Below are positions 1 to 12,300 of a stretch of DNA of 64,000 nucleotides, in pieces. Under the pieces are notes generated by a model. That model did no database searches, had not been told where the DNA came from, and saw nothing but the letters and a program-made list of their open reading frames with translations. The position numbers and the translations under genes were made by a program. Within the stretch, counting starts at the first letter, position 1. The number at the start of each line of letters is the position of its first letter. Where the stretch lies: positions 1 through 64,000 of the forward strand of contig JABVCE010000025.1 in the NCBI GenBank assembly GCA_014905635.1. The letters are read 5' to 3'. Source of the stretch: Scenedesmus sp. PABB004. Taxonomy: Eukaryota.

Positions 1-1076
1 TTGCCGGCCTCCCACGCGCCGCGCTGCGCGGCGGAGCTCGGCGGCCGCCGCCGCGGCCGCGTCGCCGGCGGCGCAGCCGCCCGGGGCGCCGCCGCCCGGC
101 GGCTCTGCCGGCGGCTCCGGCGCGGCCCGGCCCGGCGCCCGGCTGCTGCATGGCCGCGGCGTCCGCCGCGGCGCGCGCGTCTGGGGCGTTCATGTGCATG
201 CAGGCGCGCAGGTTGCGCAGTACCTCGGGCTCGTGGTCAGTCAGCACCACCTGGGGGCGTGGTGCGGCGCCGCAGCGGTGGGCGCACGCCGCGGGGCCGC
301 GCCGGGCGGCCAGGGCGGCCAGGGCGCCGGCGCGCCGCGCGCACCTCCGCGGCGCCCGCCTGCGCCGCGAGCAGGCCGACGAGCCCGCAGCCGCTGCCGA
401 GCTCGAGCACGGTCTGCCCGGCGATGATGCTCGGGTGAGCCACCAGCTCCCTGGCCAGCGCCGCGCGGCGCGGCGTGGGCAGCGGGCGCCGCCCGTCCTG
501 CGCCGCGCGGCGCCGCCGCGCGCGCACCGGCAGAGGATGTGCGCGACCGACCAGACCTGCGCGCCCAGGCCGTCGCCGAGCGCGCCCTCGCGGATGAGCA
601 CGGCGGCGGCGCCGTAGCGAAAGGTCGTCGCGCGGCCGCTCGCTGCCAGCGGCCCCGAGCAGGCAGCGATGACGCGCGAGATGGCGTCCAGGAGCTCCTC
701 GTCCGCTGCTCCGGGCGGGGCGCGGCGCGTGACAAGCGGCGCGTGACAGGCGGTGCGCGCGTGAGCCGTTGCGGGAGCAGAAAACGCCCGCGCTGGCACC
801 GCGCGCTCACTCGTCACCGCCAGCAGCCTGGTCAGCACGCCGGTGAGGCCCAGCCGGTTGGCCTGGTCCACGCAGCTCTGGCCGCACTGCAGGTCGCGCT
901 GCAGCTCCGCGATGGCGAGCGCGTGCCTGCACGGGAGCACAGCAGCGGCCGGTGGCGCGCCGGCCGGTGCCGCCGCCGGCACAGCGCACAAGCCCGGGCG
1001 GCACTCACCCGCTGCGCTGGCGCGGGTCGCGGAGCACCTCCACGGCGTGCACCACGCGCTCCTCCGTCGTCGCCAT
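1..1076 (-). CDS. Family-16 (METTL21/EFM-like) SAM-dependent protein methyltransferase, spliced, 3' end outside the window
   Basis: Spliced exons read MATTEERVV...GALGDGLGAQVWSVAHILCR|ELVAHPSIIAGQTVLELGSGCGLVGLLAA|VVLTDHEPEVLRNL. Contains the G-x-x-VW motif, motif I (VLELGSGCG) and post-I (LTD). Four GT-AG introns. Confidence 0.85.
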
Positions 1077-1314
1077 GCGAGCAGCTCGGCGGCACCGCCG
1101 GGCGAGCAGCGCCATGCGCCGCCGAGGCTCACAGCAGCCCCGGCTGGCCTGTCTAGCCTGCTCGCGGGAGGCCTAGCGCACTGGCGGGTCGCGGAGCAGG
1201 TCTGCTGCACAGCGCGCCGGCGGCCGCCGCGGCGGCGCGGCGGAGACGGCGGCTCACGCGGCGGCGGCCCGGTGCACGTCGGCGCGGCTGGCAGGCCCAG
1301 AGAGTCGCGCGCGG

Positions 1315-1319
1315 TTACA
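1315..1319 (-). promoter_or_regulatory. Putative TGTAA polyadenylation signal of the 1833-2600 gene
   Basis: ttaca on + strand. TGTAA is the established chlorophyte poly(A) signal and is rare at this GC content. Confidence 0.45.
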
Positions 1320-1828
1320 ACGGACTGGGACGCTGCAAAGCAAATGGAAACGCGCGCGCTGGGGGACATGGTCCGGCGTCACCCGCGCCGACTGAACCCA
1401 CGCCGCTGGTGCCACCGCCAAGTGCCGAGTGCGCCCGTGGCGACGCGTTCACCCGCTCCACCCGTCCAATGTGCACACAAGGGACTAATGACTACGTGCC
1501 CGCGGCCGCAGGAGGGGGGCGAGCATGCGCATGCGGCGCGCGCGGCCAAGGCAAGGGGAGCGCTACGTGCGGAAGCGCTACCAAACCAAGTCGAGGTGCT
1601 GGGCGCGGCCGGGGGCGACGCAAGATACACACGAGACGCCAGGCGGCGACGCGCTCCGCAAGCAGCTGCTGCAGGCCCACGGGGGCACGAAAGTGCTGAC
1701 CAGCCAGTCCCCGGGCGCCCGCTGCAGCGGCGGGCAGGGGTGAGCTGCACCCGCTGCTGCTCAAGCCGCTCGCGTGCCGGGCCTCCGGCCGCGCCGCTGC
1801 CGCGGCGCGAATGCCTGGCGGCGCCCGC

Positions 1829-1856
1829 GCCGTCAGGGGCAGCTGCCCCTGACGGC
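1829..1856. repeat. Perfect 28-bp palindrome
   Basis: gccgtcaggggcag|ctgcccctgacggc is its own reverse complement. Confidence 0.9.
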
Positions 1857-2600
1857 TGCAGCTGCCGCAGCGCCCGCGCGCCCGCCTGGGAGCGGCGCCG
1901 CGGGGGCGCTGGCGGGGCGACCGTCCTCCTCCGGCTGGCTAGCCCTGGCTGGGCCAGCTGGCGCCCCGGCGGCAGCGTCGGGAAGCTCATCGCTCGACGA
2001 CACGACGCAGCAGCCCTGCCGCGCCGCCTCGGCGAGCACCGCCGCCTCCACGCGCGCGCAGAGGCGCTGCACCGCGGCCGCGGCGGCGGGCGCGGCGCCC
2101 GGCGCCCCCGCGGCGCCGGCGGGCGCGCCGGGCAGGCTGAGCGTGGCCGACAGCACCACGGTGTGCAGCGGGCTCCTGTAGAGCGCCGTGCGCGGGCGCG
2201 CCGCCGGCGCGGTCGCTGCAGGCTCCTGGCCCGCGGGCGCAGCTGCGCCGCGCTCGCGGCACGCGCTGGGCGTGGCCGGCGCCAGCTGGCCCGAGCTGCT
2301 GCTGGTGCTGCTGCGCGTGCTGCCGCCGCCCGCGGGGTGCTCGGCCGCAGCAATGATGTCATCGCCCGGCTTGTGGCTCTGCTCGTCCGCAGCTGCCGCC
2401 GCGCCCGGTCGGCGCCGCAACGCTCGCGCCACGGCGATCACCAGCAGAAGCGGCGCGCAGCAGGCCGCCGTGGCGGCCCAGCCGCGCTCTGCGCAGAGCG
2501 CCAGCGCCACGGCGGGCAGCACGCACGCTGCGCTCGCCGCGACCCAGCCGCGCGTCTGCGGAGCCAGCGCGCGGCTGGGAAGGTCGGCTGTCTGTCTCAT
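1833..2600 (-). CDS. Hypothetical membrane protein (~255 aa)
   Basis: ORF MRQTADL... with two hydrophobic segments (WVAASAACVLPAVALALC; WAATAACCAPLLLVIAVA), a LYRSPLHTVVLS motif and a downstream TGTAA. Confidence 0.45.
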   Translation of the reverse strand: MRQTADLPSRALAPQTRGWVAASAACVLPAVALALCAERGWAATAACCAPLLLVIAVARALRRRPGAAAAADEQSHKPGDDIIAAAEHPAGGGSTRSSTSSSSGQLAPATPSACRERGAAAPAGQEPAATAPAARPRTALYRSPLHTVVLSATLSLPGAPAGAAGAPGAAPAAAAAVQRLCARVEAAVLAEAARQGCCVVSSSDELPDAAAGAPAGPARASQPEEDGRPASAPAAPLPGGRAGAAAAAAVRGSCP

Positions 2601-2677
2601 GGCGCGGGACGGGGCGGCCAGGCTCCGCGCCAGCCCCGGCGGCCCGCTGGCGGCGACGGCGGCGCGTCCCGCCCCAG

Positions 2678-3277
2678 CGCGGGTGCTGCTGCGCGTGGCG
2701 CGCGGTGCCCCGCGGCGCGGCGGCGTGCGGGCGTGTGCATGGGGTGCCAGCGACTGGGCGCGGCGCCCTTGAGCTCGAGCTCGGGCCGTAGCCACACGCC
2801 GAGTCGGCAAATCTGGCCGCGATCCTCGCACGCGAGTTCTCCGGCCCCGGCCGCGCAACCGCCGCGCTCCCGGCAGCCCGCCGCGCCGCCCGGCAGCCCG
2901 GCCGCGAGCGGCGCCCGCCGCGGCTCGCCCCGTGGCTGCGGCGCTGCGGGGCTGCGTGCGGTCGAGGGGCGAGCCTGTACGCCTCTGAGCACCCTGGGGC
3001 GGCGCGGGAGCGCGACCGTGCGGCAGGGGTGCCGCGCGGGGGTGGTCAACCGCGCGGCGCGACCAGCCTGGCGGCGGGCGCTCGGCCGTGCTGCTCACGC
3101 CCGGGACGAGCTGCCCGCGGGACGCCGGGGCAGCTGTGCCGGCGGCGGGGCGGTTCGGCGAGCTGTCCTTTCGGCGCCCGCCGCCAGAGAACCATCTCCG
3201 CCGGCTGCGCGCTGCCACTCTCGGCTCGTCCGTCACACGCTCGAGTCCGCAGCGCGGTGCGCCCTTGATCTGCAAAC
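2678..3277 (+). repeat. Dispersed ~600-bp repeat, copy 1 (possible non-autonomous element)
   Basis: Aligns by eye with the reverse complement of 25692-26343, e.g. ggggtgccagcgactgggcgcggcgcccttgagctc and gctgccactctcggctcgtccgtcacacgctc. Confidence 0.9.
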
Positions 3278-3356
3278 TCTGTTCAATCGCCGAGCCAAGT
3301 GCCACACGCTCAACCCCTCCCCCACGTACACATACCACCCGGGCTGTGCACCGCGG

Positions 3357-6300
3357 TCACGCCGCCGCCGCGGCCGCGCGCACGATTGACACCGCCTGCG
3401 GCATCACGGCCTGCAGCCGGGCGTGCGCGGCGGCGGCCAGCTGCAGCCCCAGCCGCAGCGGCAGGTGCGGCGCGAGCCCGCCCAGCAGCACCAGGCAGCG
3501 CTCCACGGTCAGCGCGGGCGGGAACAGCGCCTCCGCCACGGCCGCCAGCAGCGCCGCGCCCTGCGGCCGCACCGCGCTCAGCGGCGCGCCGCCCTGGTCG
3601 TCGGCCGCGGACGCCGCGTCCGCCGCGGCCGTGAGCGACCGCCCGACCAGGCCGGCGCCCACCCAGCGCGGCGCGCCGGGCTCGCCCGCGGCGACCGCGG
3701 CGTGCGCGGCGCACACCGCAGCCGCGAGGCGCCGCGCCTGCTCCGCGCCCAGCACCGCCATCAGGTCGGGCAGCGCCGCCGGCAGCGTCACTGCCGCGGC
3801 TGCGTCGTCCCCGCCGCCTCCGCCGCGCGCCGCGAGCGCGCCGCGCGCGCACTCGGCGGCGAGCGCAAGCGCTTGCGCCACCTGCTCCTCGTCCAGCACC
3901 AGCGCGCGGCCGGCGGGCGGGCGGCCCGCCGGCAGCGCGGGCGCGCCGTCCCCCGGGCGCACGCTGGCCAGCAGCAGGCGCAGGACCAAGTCGAGCGCCG
4001 CGAGCGGCGCGCCGCGGCCCACCGCGCCACGCGCGAGGCTCTCCACCAGGCGCATGGCCGCCGGCGGCGCGAGCGGCGCGAGCGGCGCGGGCGACGCCGC
4101 GCCGCCGCTGCGCAGCGCGGCGCCCGCGCTGCCGGCGGGCGTGTGGCGCGGCCCGCGCGCCGGCGGCGCGTCGCCAAAGACGTCCAGGTCGCGCAGCAGC
4201 GCGTCAAAGCCCCACGCGTCAAACTCGCCGGCGCCGCCGGGGCCCGGCCAGCTTGGCGAGTCCTCCCGGGGCGCCGGCGGGGGCGCGGCGCCGTAGGCGT
4301 CGACCAGCTGCGCCAGCGCCGCGTCCAGCACCGCGGCGACGCCCGCCGCGCCGAGCGGCACGGCGCGCTGCTCCAGCAGCATGACCAGGAACGCCACCGG
4401 CGGCTGGCTGTGCCGCGTGCACACCTCGGCCAGCAGGCCCGACGGCAGCGCGCCGCAGCCGCTGCCGTCGTCGCCGCCGTCGCCGCGCGCCGCGAGGTCG
4501 GCCGCGACGCCGAGCGCGCGCAGCGCGGCCTCCCAGCTGCCGGCGCGGCGCTCAAAGCCCGACAGCAGGCTCAGCGCCAGCTCGCGGCTCGCGCCGGCGA
4601 GCAGGTCGGCCGCGACCGCCTGCCACGCGCTCGCGGCAGCGTCGCGGCTGCCCAGCGCGCCCGGCGCGCCCAGGAGCGCCTCCCAGAGCCCTCCCAGCAC
4701 GCGCGCGCTGAGCGCCGCGCCCACCGCGCGCGGGTCCACCGCCTCGGCCGCCGCCAGCGCCGCGTCGAGAGCGCGCGCGTCGCCGCCGCCCGGCGCGCGC
4801 GCGTCCGCCACGAGCGCCGCCGACGCAGCCGTCAGCGCGCCGAGCGGGCCGTCGGTGGCGCGCAGCGCCGACGCGAGCGCGAGGTCGAGCGCGGTGGTGT
4901 CGCCGCCGAGCGTGGCGGCCACCTGCGGGTGCTTGGCACGGACCACGGCGCCGAGCGCCAGCGCCGGCCAGGGCGACGCCGCGCCCGCGGGCTGCAGCAG
5001 CAGCGGCACCGTCTGCGGCGGCGGCGGGGGCGGCGGCGGCGTGAGCGGGCGCTGCCGCGCCAGTCCCTGCCCGCGCGCGCTCGGGCCGCCGCTCCCCCAA
5101 CCCCTGCCCTAGCCAAAGGCACGCCGGCTCACCAGCATCATCGCTTCGTCCAGCGGCAGCGCAGCCGCCACGCTCGCGATGCGCCGCACCGCCTCGTCCG
5201 GGTCCATCGCCAGGCTGCCCAGCCCGCGCTGCCCGACGGCGCCGGCCGCCGCCTGGCCGGCGGCCGCGGCCGCGGCGCCGCCGTACGCGAGGGCGGGGCG
5301 CGCGGCCGCGGCGGCCGCGGCGCCCTCGACGGCGATCGCCGCCTTGGTACGGCCGCCCATCGCCGCGGGGCGCGGCGCGGGTGCGTCGCGCGGCGCGGGT
5401 GCGTCGCGCGGCGCGGGCGTGCGCGGGCTCTCGGGCGGCGAGCCGCCCCGCGCCTCGGCCTTGCGCGGCGCGGCGCCGGCGTCGCCCGCCGACGCGGCCA
5501 GCACGCCGGCGGTCAGCGCGGCCGCACCCCACACCAGGCCGACGAGCGCGCCGGCGGCGCCGTAGCCCGCCGCCAGCGCGGTGGTCGCCGCGGTCGACGC
5601 GATCGCCAGGGACGCCGCGGCGACCGCCTCCAGCGCGCCGTCGTCGAGGCTGGCGGCCGCGGGCCGCTCCCCGGCGCCGTCGTCCGCAGACGACGCGTTG
5701 CCGCCGCAGCTTGCCCCGGCGTCGGCCAGCGCGTGCGAGCGCACGCCGCCGCCGCCGCCGCCGCCCAGCGCGGCGCGGACGGCGGCGGGGTCGGCAAACC
5801 GGACGCCGCCGCCGCTGCCGCCGCCGCTGGGCGGGATGGTCACGGGCAGCGCCGGGCGCTGCTCGCCCGCCGCAGCCAGCAGGCGCGCAACGAGCTCCGC
5901 CTCCTGCGGCGCCGGCAGCCCGCCCGCGACCGCCATGGCGTGCAGCAGCGGGCGCCAGAGCTCCGGCCCCTTGGCAAACGCGGCCGCCGCGGCCGCCGGC
6001 AGCGCGGCCAGGAGGGCCTCCAGGTGCTGCGCGCCCGCGGCGTCGGCGAGCGCGCGCGCCACGGCGCACGCGAGCGCGTCCGCCGCGCCCGCTGGCAGGA
6101 GCTCGCGCGCGTAGACGAGCACAGCCGCCAGGTCAGCGAGGGGCAGCGCCAGCACGGCGCTCGGGGGCGAGGCGCGGCGCTGCCGCACGCAGCGCAGCGG
6201 GCCCAGCACGCCCCCGACGGCGGCGAGCAGCTGCGCCTGGCGCAGGCGGCGCTCGCCGGCCGCGCCCGCCGCGGCCTCGGGGCTGGACGCCCGCGCCGCG

Positions 6301-9300
6301 CCGTCGTCGGCGTTGACCAGCTCCAGCGCCGCCGCGAGCAGCTCCGCGTACGCCGCCAGCGGCAGCGCGCGCCCCTCGGGCAGCACGTTGCACAGCGCCG
6401 CGAGCGCCGCGGCGGCGGCCTCCGTGTCGGTCAGCAGGCCGCTCTGGCGCACCGCGACGTCCCACGCCGCCGCGCCCAGGTGGGGGCGCAGCAGCAGCGC
6501 CACGTAGAGCCGCGGCGCCGGCGCGAGCTGGTAGAGCTGCGCCGCCACGCTGTTGACAAACACCGCCAGGCTGGCGCACCCCGCGGCGCCAAAGTGGCGC
6601 AGCGCCGCCGGCGCGGCCGCGCCGAGCGCGCGCAGCTGGCGCGCGGCGCCGTCGCCGGCGCCGGCGCCGGCGATGCCAGCGCCGCGGCTGCCGCGGCGGC
6701 GGCCGAGCTCGACGACCAGCTGCGCCGCGCCGCTCGCGGCGAGCGGCACGCCGCGGAACGCGCCGCCGCCGGGCGCGAGCGGCCCGGGCGGCAGCTCGCC
6801 GGTCAGCATGAGCGCGGTGAGGCGCTCCAGCGAGCAGCACTGCGGCGCCCCGGGGCGTGCGGGCCCGCACGCGGCGGCGCATGCGAGCAGGGCCTCCGCG
6901 TAGACCGTTGGGCAGCGTATGTTGACCCGCAGCTGGCGCTGCGCCTCGCACACGACGCCCGCAAGCAGCGCGGCCGCGCCGTCTGCGCCGCGGGGCGCGG
7001 CGGCCGCGGCCGCGTGCAGCGCGGCCGCCCAGGCCGCCGCCGGCACCAGGCCCTCGCTCTGAACCAGCACCTGCGCGGCCAGCTCGGGCGGCAGCAGCAG
7101 CCGCGGCAGCGCCGCCAGCAGCGCGGCCGCCGCCCCCTCGGCGTCTGGCCCCGGCGCCAGCAGCGAGGCGACGAGCGCCCGCGCGCTCGCGCCGCCAGGC
7201 GCACCCAGCTCTGCCGCCGCGGCCTCGAGCTGCCGCACGGCACGCAGCGTGTCCGCGCCGGCGCCGGCCGCGCCCGCCGCGGCGAGCAGGCTGGCCTGCG
7301 CGCGCGCCGCATGGGGCGCCTCGCCGCTGCCCGTCGCCGCGGCAGCTAGCAGCACGTGCTCCGCGCGCTGTGTGTGGCTGGCGCCCTCGCTGCGGTGGCC
7401 ACCGCCTGGCGCCGGCGCCGGGCCGCCGCCGCCGCTGCTCGCAGCCAGCGGCGCAGGGCCGCCCGCGTCGCCGTCCGAGCCCGCCGCCCGCAGCAGGGCC
7501 GCCCCAGCACACGCGGCGTGCGCGGCCGGCTTGCCCGAGGCCGCCGCGGGCTCGCCCGAGGCGGCCGCGTCCAGCAGCGCCGCCTGGGCGCGCGTCGCGT
7601 GGTCCGCGGTGCGCGGCGCGTCGCAGGCGCCCGTGGTCAGGCGGGCGGCGAGCCCCGCCGTGACGGCGGCGCCCCGATCGGCACCCCACATCGCGCGCGC
7701 CGCGGCCGGCAGGGACAAGCTGACGAGCAGCTGCGCGCTCACGGCGCCCCAGCCTGCGTCGTCGCCGAGCACGGCGGGGCAGGCCAGCCTGCCGGTCGCG
7801 CGCCGCGCCGCAGCGTCGGCCGCGTCCCGGGGCAGCGCCGCCGCGAGGGCCGCCGTCAGGCGCGCGAGCGACGCCTCGGGCAGCTGCTCATGGCAGAAGA
7901 CCATCACCTCGCTCAGCTGCTGGGCCGCCGGCGTGGGCGGCACGGGCGCCGCCGCAGGCGCGTCGCCATCGCCGCCCGAGCGAGGGTGGCCAAACACCTG
8001 CGCCACCGCCCGCGGCAGCGCGCCGCCGAGCGTGGGCGCGAGCGCGGCGAGCGCGTCCACCGCCTGCGCCAGGGACAGCGCGCCGGCGTCGCGGAGCCCG
8101 CGCAGCGCCAGCACGAGCGCCTGGCTGATGCACGCGCGCGGCGGCGGCGCGCCGGCGCCCGCGCCGGCCTCAGCGACGCCGCACGTGAGCGCGCCCTGCG
8201 CCTGCAGCTGCGCGAGCAGCTCCGGCAGGTGCGCCGCGAGGCGGCCGTCGCCGGCGGCGGCGTCCGCCGCCACCGCCGCGCGCAGCGGGCCGAGCGCCGC
8301 GCCGCCGCCGCCGGCCGTGGCCAGGCCGGAGCACAGCGCGGCCGCGAGCGGGCCCCAGAGCTCAAAGCCCTTGCCCGCCGCGGCGTCTGCGGCGCGGGGC
8401 AGCGCGGCCAGCAGCTCCGCGGCGTCAGCGTGCCACGCGGGCGCCGCGCCGTCCGCGGGCGCGCCCGTCGGCGCCAGGCGCCGCGCCACCGCGCCGACGG
8501 GCGACGCGCCGGTGGTGACAAAGCTGGCGCCGAGCGCCTCGGCCAGGTCCGCCGCCACGGCGTCGGGCACGAGCGCTGCGACCGTGCACAGCACGCGCGA
8601 CAGCTGCGCCGACCAGCGCGACGCGCTGCCGGGCAGCGGCGCGGGCGTGATGCCACGCAGCAGCCCCAGCACGTGCAGCACGCCGCCCGCGAGCGGCGTG
8701 GGGGTCGCGGGCCCCGGCAGGCCCCACGCGCCGCTGCCGGCGGCGGCGGGGGTGGCCAGGAGGCCCGGCCCCGCCAGCGCGGGGCCCAGCGCGGCCAGCA
8801 GGGCCGCAAAGTCAGCGATGCCGGCCTGGCGGTAGCTGGCAAAGAGCCCGCGCAGCGCGTCGAGCGTGTCGGAAGCGCCGTGCCAGTCCACGAGCGCGCG
8901 CAGCAGCGCGGCGCGGCGGCGCGCGAGCCAGCCGCCGCCCGACCCGGCCTCGAGCAGCAGCTCCAGCGACGTCGGCAGCGGCAGGCGCTGCAGCAGCGCG
9001 CCCGCCTCGGCGGCGCGCCACGCGCGCTTGGCCGCGAGCGCCGCGAGCTGCGCCGCCGCGGCCGCCGCGGCGGCGGGGCAGGCGGGGTGCCAGTCGACCA
9101 GCAGCACCACGAGGCGAGACAGCAGGCCGGCGATGCGCGCGGGGTCCTGCGCGCGGGGCGGCGCGGGTGTGCGGCGCGCGGTGCCGGGCCGCGGTGCCGG
9201 GCCGCGGTGCCGGGCCGCGGTGCCGGGCCGCGGACCAGCGCTGGAGCGCAGCGCCGCCGGGCTGCGCACCTGCGTCGCATCCAGCACGGCCACGCCCTCC

Positions 9301-12300
9301 GGCGCCGCGGGCGGAATCTGCTCCACCAGCGCGGCGAGCTTGGCGACGCGCTCCCGGTCCGCTGCAAACTCAGCGGCGGCCTGCGCCCCGCCGCCGTCGG
9401 CGCCGGCAGGGCGCGCGGGCCAGGGCGCCGTGGCCGCCGCGGCTGCGGCGCCCAGCGGCGCGCCGGTGGCGGTGCCGCTCTGGCCAAGCTGCCAGACCAC
9501 CTGGCCCTCCAGGCCGGACATGCCCGCCGGCGCCGGCGCCGCGGCGCCGCAGCGCTCCAGGGCGCGCATGGCCTCCGCCAGCGCCGCTTCAGGCAGGCCG
9601 CCGCCCAGCACGTCCAGCACGGCGCGCGCCTGGTCGGGCGGCAGCTCGCGCGCGGCTGCCATGGCGAGGTGGGCCAGCGCGAGCACGTCGCGCCCCGAGC
9701 CGGCCGCCGCTGCCACCAGCTCCAGCGCGCCGTGCTCCAGCTCCGGCTCGCCCTCGGCCACGCCCGCGCCAGTGCCCGCGCCCGCGCCGGCGAGCCAGGG
9801 CGCGCGCCGCAGCGCATCCGCGAGCGCCGCGGTCGCGCGGAAGAGCGCGGGCAGGCGGTCAAGCGGCAGCGCCGGCGCCGCGGCCGCGAGCGCCTGCACC
9901 GCCGCGGGCGCGTCGGGCAGCTGCGGCAGCGCGCCGCTCAGCCCGAGCAGCGACTTGGCCAGCGGCGGCGGCGCCGCGGGGCCCGACGCAAACGCCCACG
10001 GCGGCAGGAGCGCGCCGGCGACGCGCGCAAAGGCGTCCGCCGGCAGCGCGCCCGCCAGCGCCGCGACGTGGCGCGCGGCCGCCGGCAGCGGCGCGCTGAC
10101 GACCGCCCGCGCCGCGAGCTCGCCGAGCGTGCCCGGGAACGGCGCCTGCCCCACCTCAGCGGAGGGCTGCCCGGGCGCCGCGCCGCCGTGGAGCTCGCCA
10201 CACACGTCGGCCAGCGCGTGGTGCGCCGCGACGACGGACCAGGCCGCCTCCAGGCGCTGCCAGCCGTCCGCGCCCTCGGCATCCAGGCCGGCCAGCGCCG
10301 CCGTGAGCGCGGCGCGGTCCCAGCAAAAGGCGCCGCTGGCGGGGCTCACGAAGACCGCCCAGGCAGCCGCCCAGGCTGGCATGGGCAGCACGGCCAGCAT
10401 CGAGTCGGCCTGCGCTGGGTCGGCGGCCTCCGCCACCGCCGCCACCACCGCCAGCAAAGCCGGGGACGCGCCGCCGCCGCTGACGCCGCCGCCAGGGGCG
10501 CCGCCGGCCTGCAGCTCGGCGAGCATCGCCAGTTCCGCGCGCAGCTGCGCCGCCGGCAGCACGCCCAGCACGTCGCCCGCGGCGCGCACGAGGCGCTGGT
10601 GCGCGGGGCCGCCCGCGGGCGCGGCGCGCAGGGCGGCGTCGACCGTCTGCGCCAGGCTCACCACGCCCAGCGGGCTGGGGCTGGCGGCCTCGAGCAGCAG
10701 CTCCAGCAGGCGCAGGCGCCGGCCGGCGTCCGCGCCGGCGTCCGCCGGCCCCGCCGCCAGCAGGCGCTGCAGCGCCAGCAGCAGCAGCGGCTGCAGGGGC
10801 GCCAGGCCAAGCAGCAGCGCTCGCGCCACGCCACGCGCCGCGCCGGCAGCCGCGGCGGCGCCCGTGGAGAGGCCGGCGGCGCCGGCGGCGCCCCGCGCCA
10901 GCAGCACGCCCGCCGCGGCCTCCGCCACGTGAGCCAGCTGCTGGCTGCTGACGCCGGTCAGGCCGCACCAGGCCTCTGACAGCACGGCAGCCTCGCATGA
11001 AGGCTCCTGCACCTCCCAGCCGCCAACACGTGCCGCGGCGCCGCCGCCCGCGGGCGCAGCGTGCAGCCGGCTGAGCGGCCACACGCCTCCCCAGCGCGCC
11101 GCGAGCTGCAGCTGCCTGCTGCCCAGCGCCGGCACCAGCTCCGCTAGCAGCTCGCCCAGCACCTCCTCCGGCAGGCGCGGCAGCCCGGCGCCCGCGAGCT
11201 GCGGGCGCAGGAGCCAGTGCGCCAGGAGCGCCTGCAGCGCGGCCGCCGGAGCGGGGCCCGCCGCCAGCGGCGCGGTGGTCAGGCCGGGGTCGGCCGCCTC
11301 GTCCAGTGGCAGCACGACGCGCGCGACGGCCAGGAACGCTGCGTGCCCATGCCTCGCGCGCAGCGCGGCCAGCACCACGCCCACCTCCACGAGGCCCAGC
11401 TCGGCGGCCACGCCGCCGCGCAGCACCTCGCGCAGCCAGGCCTCGCCGCGGGTGTCCCGCCCCGCGCACAGCGCCAGCAGCAGCCCCGCGCGCGCGTCGG
11501 GCGCCTCGCGCAGCAGCTGCGCCGCCGCGTCGCGCGCGGGCAGGCGCAGCAGGCCCTGCTCCGCGCCGCTGCCGGCGGCGTCCGCCAGCGCCCGCGCGAG
11601 CGCGCGCAGCGGCCAGCAGGGTGCGGGCGCGCCGCGCGCGGCGTCGTCGGGTGCCGCGCCGCCGGCGTCCGCGGCGCGCGCCGCCGACGCCGCTGCCGCC
11701 TCCCACGCGTCGGGGTCAAACGCGGCGGTGTCGGTCGTGACCGCCGCCGCCGCGGCGCCCAGGGGTCGGGGGGCCTCGGCGTCGGCCGCCGCGGCCGCGG
11801 CCGCCGCCTCCCAGGCGTCAGGGTCGAACTCGTCCGCGCCGCCGCCGCCGAGCGCCGCCGCCGAGGGCGGCGCCCCGCGGGCGCCCAGCGCGCCCCCGCC
11901 CGCCGCCCGGGCCAGCAGCGCGGCGCACACTTGGTCGAACACGCGCCGCGCCACGCCGCCCGCGCCGTCCGCCCGGCCCAGGCGATCGTCCGCCCAGGCC
12001 GCCAGCGCCGCGGCCACGCGCGCCGCATCAAGCGGCTCGCCGCGTGGGGCCGCCGCGCGCAGCGCAGCGCCCAGGTCGGCCAGCGCCGCCGCGACGCCCG
12101 CGTCGACGCGGTCCAGCGGCAGCGCGGCCAGCGCGTCGGCGGCGCCGTCGCGTCCCGGTGAAGCTAAGATGGTCTTCAGCACCTGCGGAGCGCGCGCGGG
12201 CAGCGCGCGGGTGAGGCCGCGGAGATGGCGACCCCCTCTTTCCGCGTCCAGGCCTCGCCAGGCCGCGTGCGCTCGTCAGGGGCTGAAGGTGCACCACTAA

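Noticed and set aside
3423..10979. Very long plus-strand ORFs (1308 aa and 1207 aa), and similar ones such as 38085-42176 on the minus strand
   Set aside because: Arg/Ala/Gly-rich antisense shadows of real genes; stop codons are scarce at this GC content.
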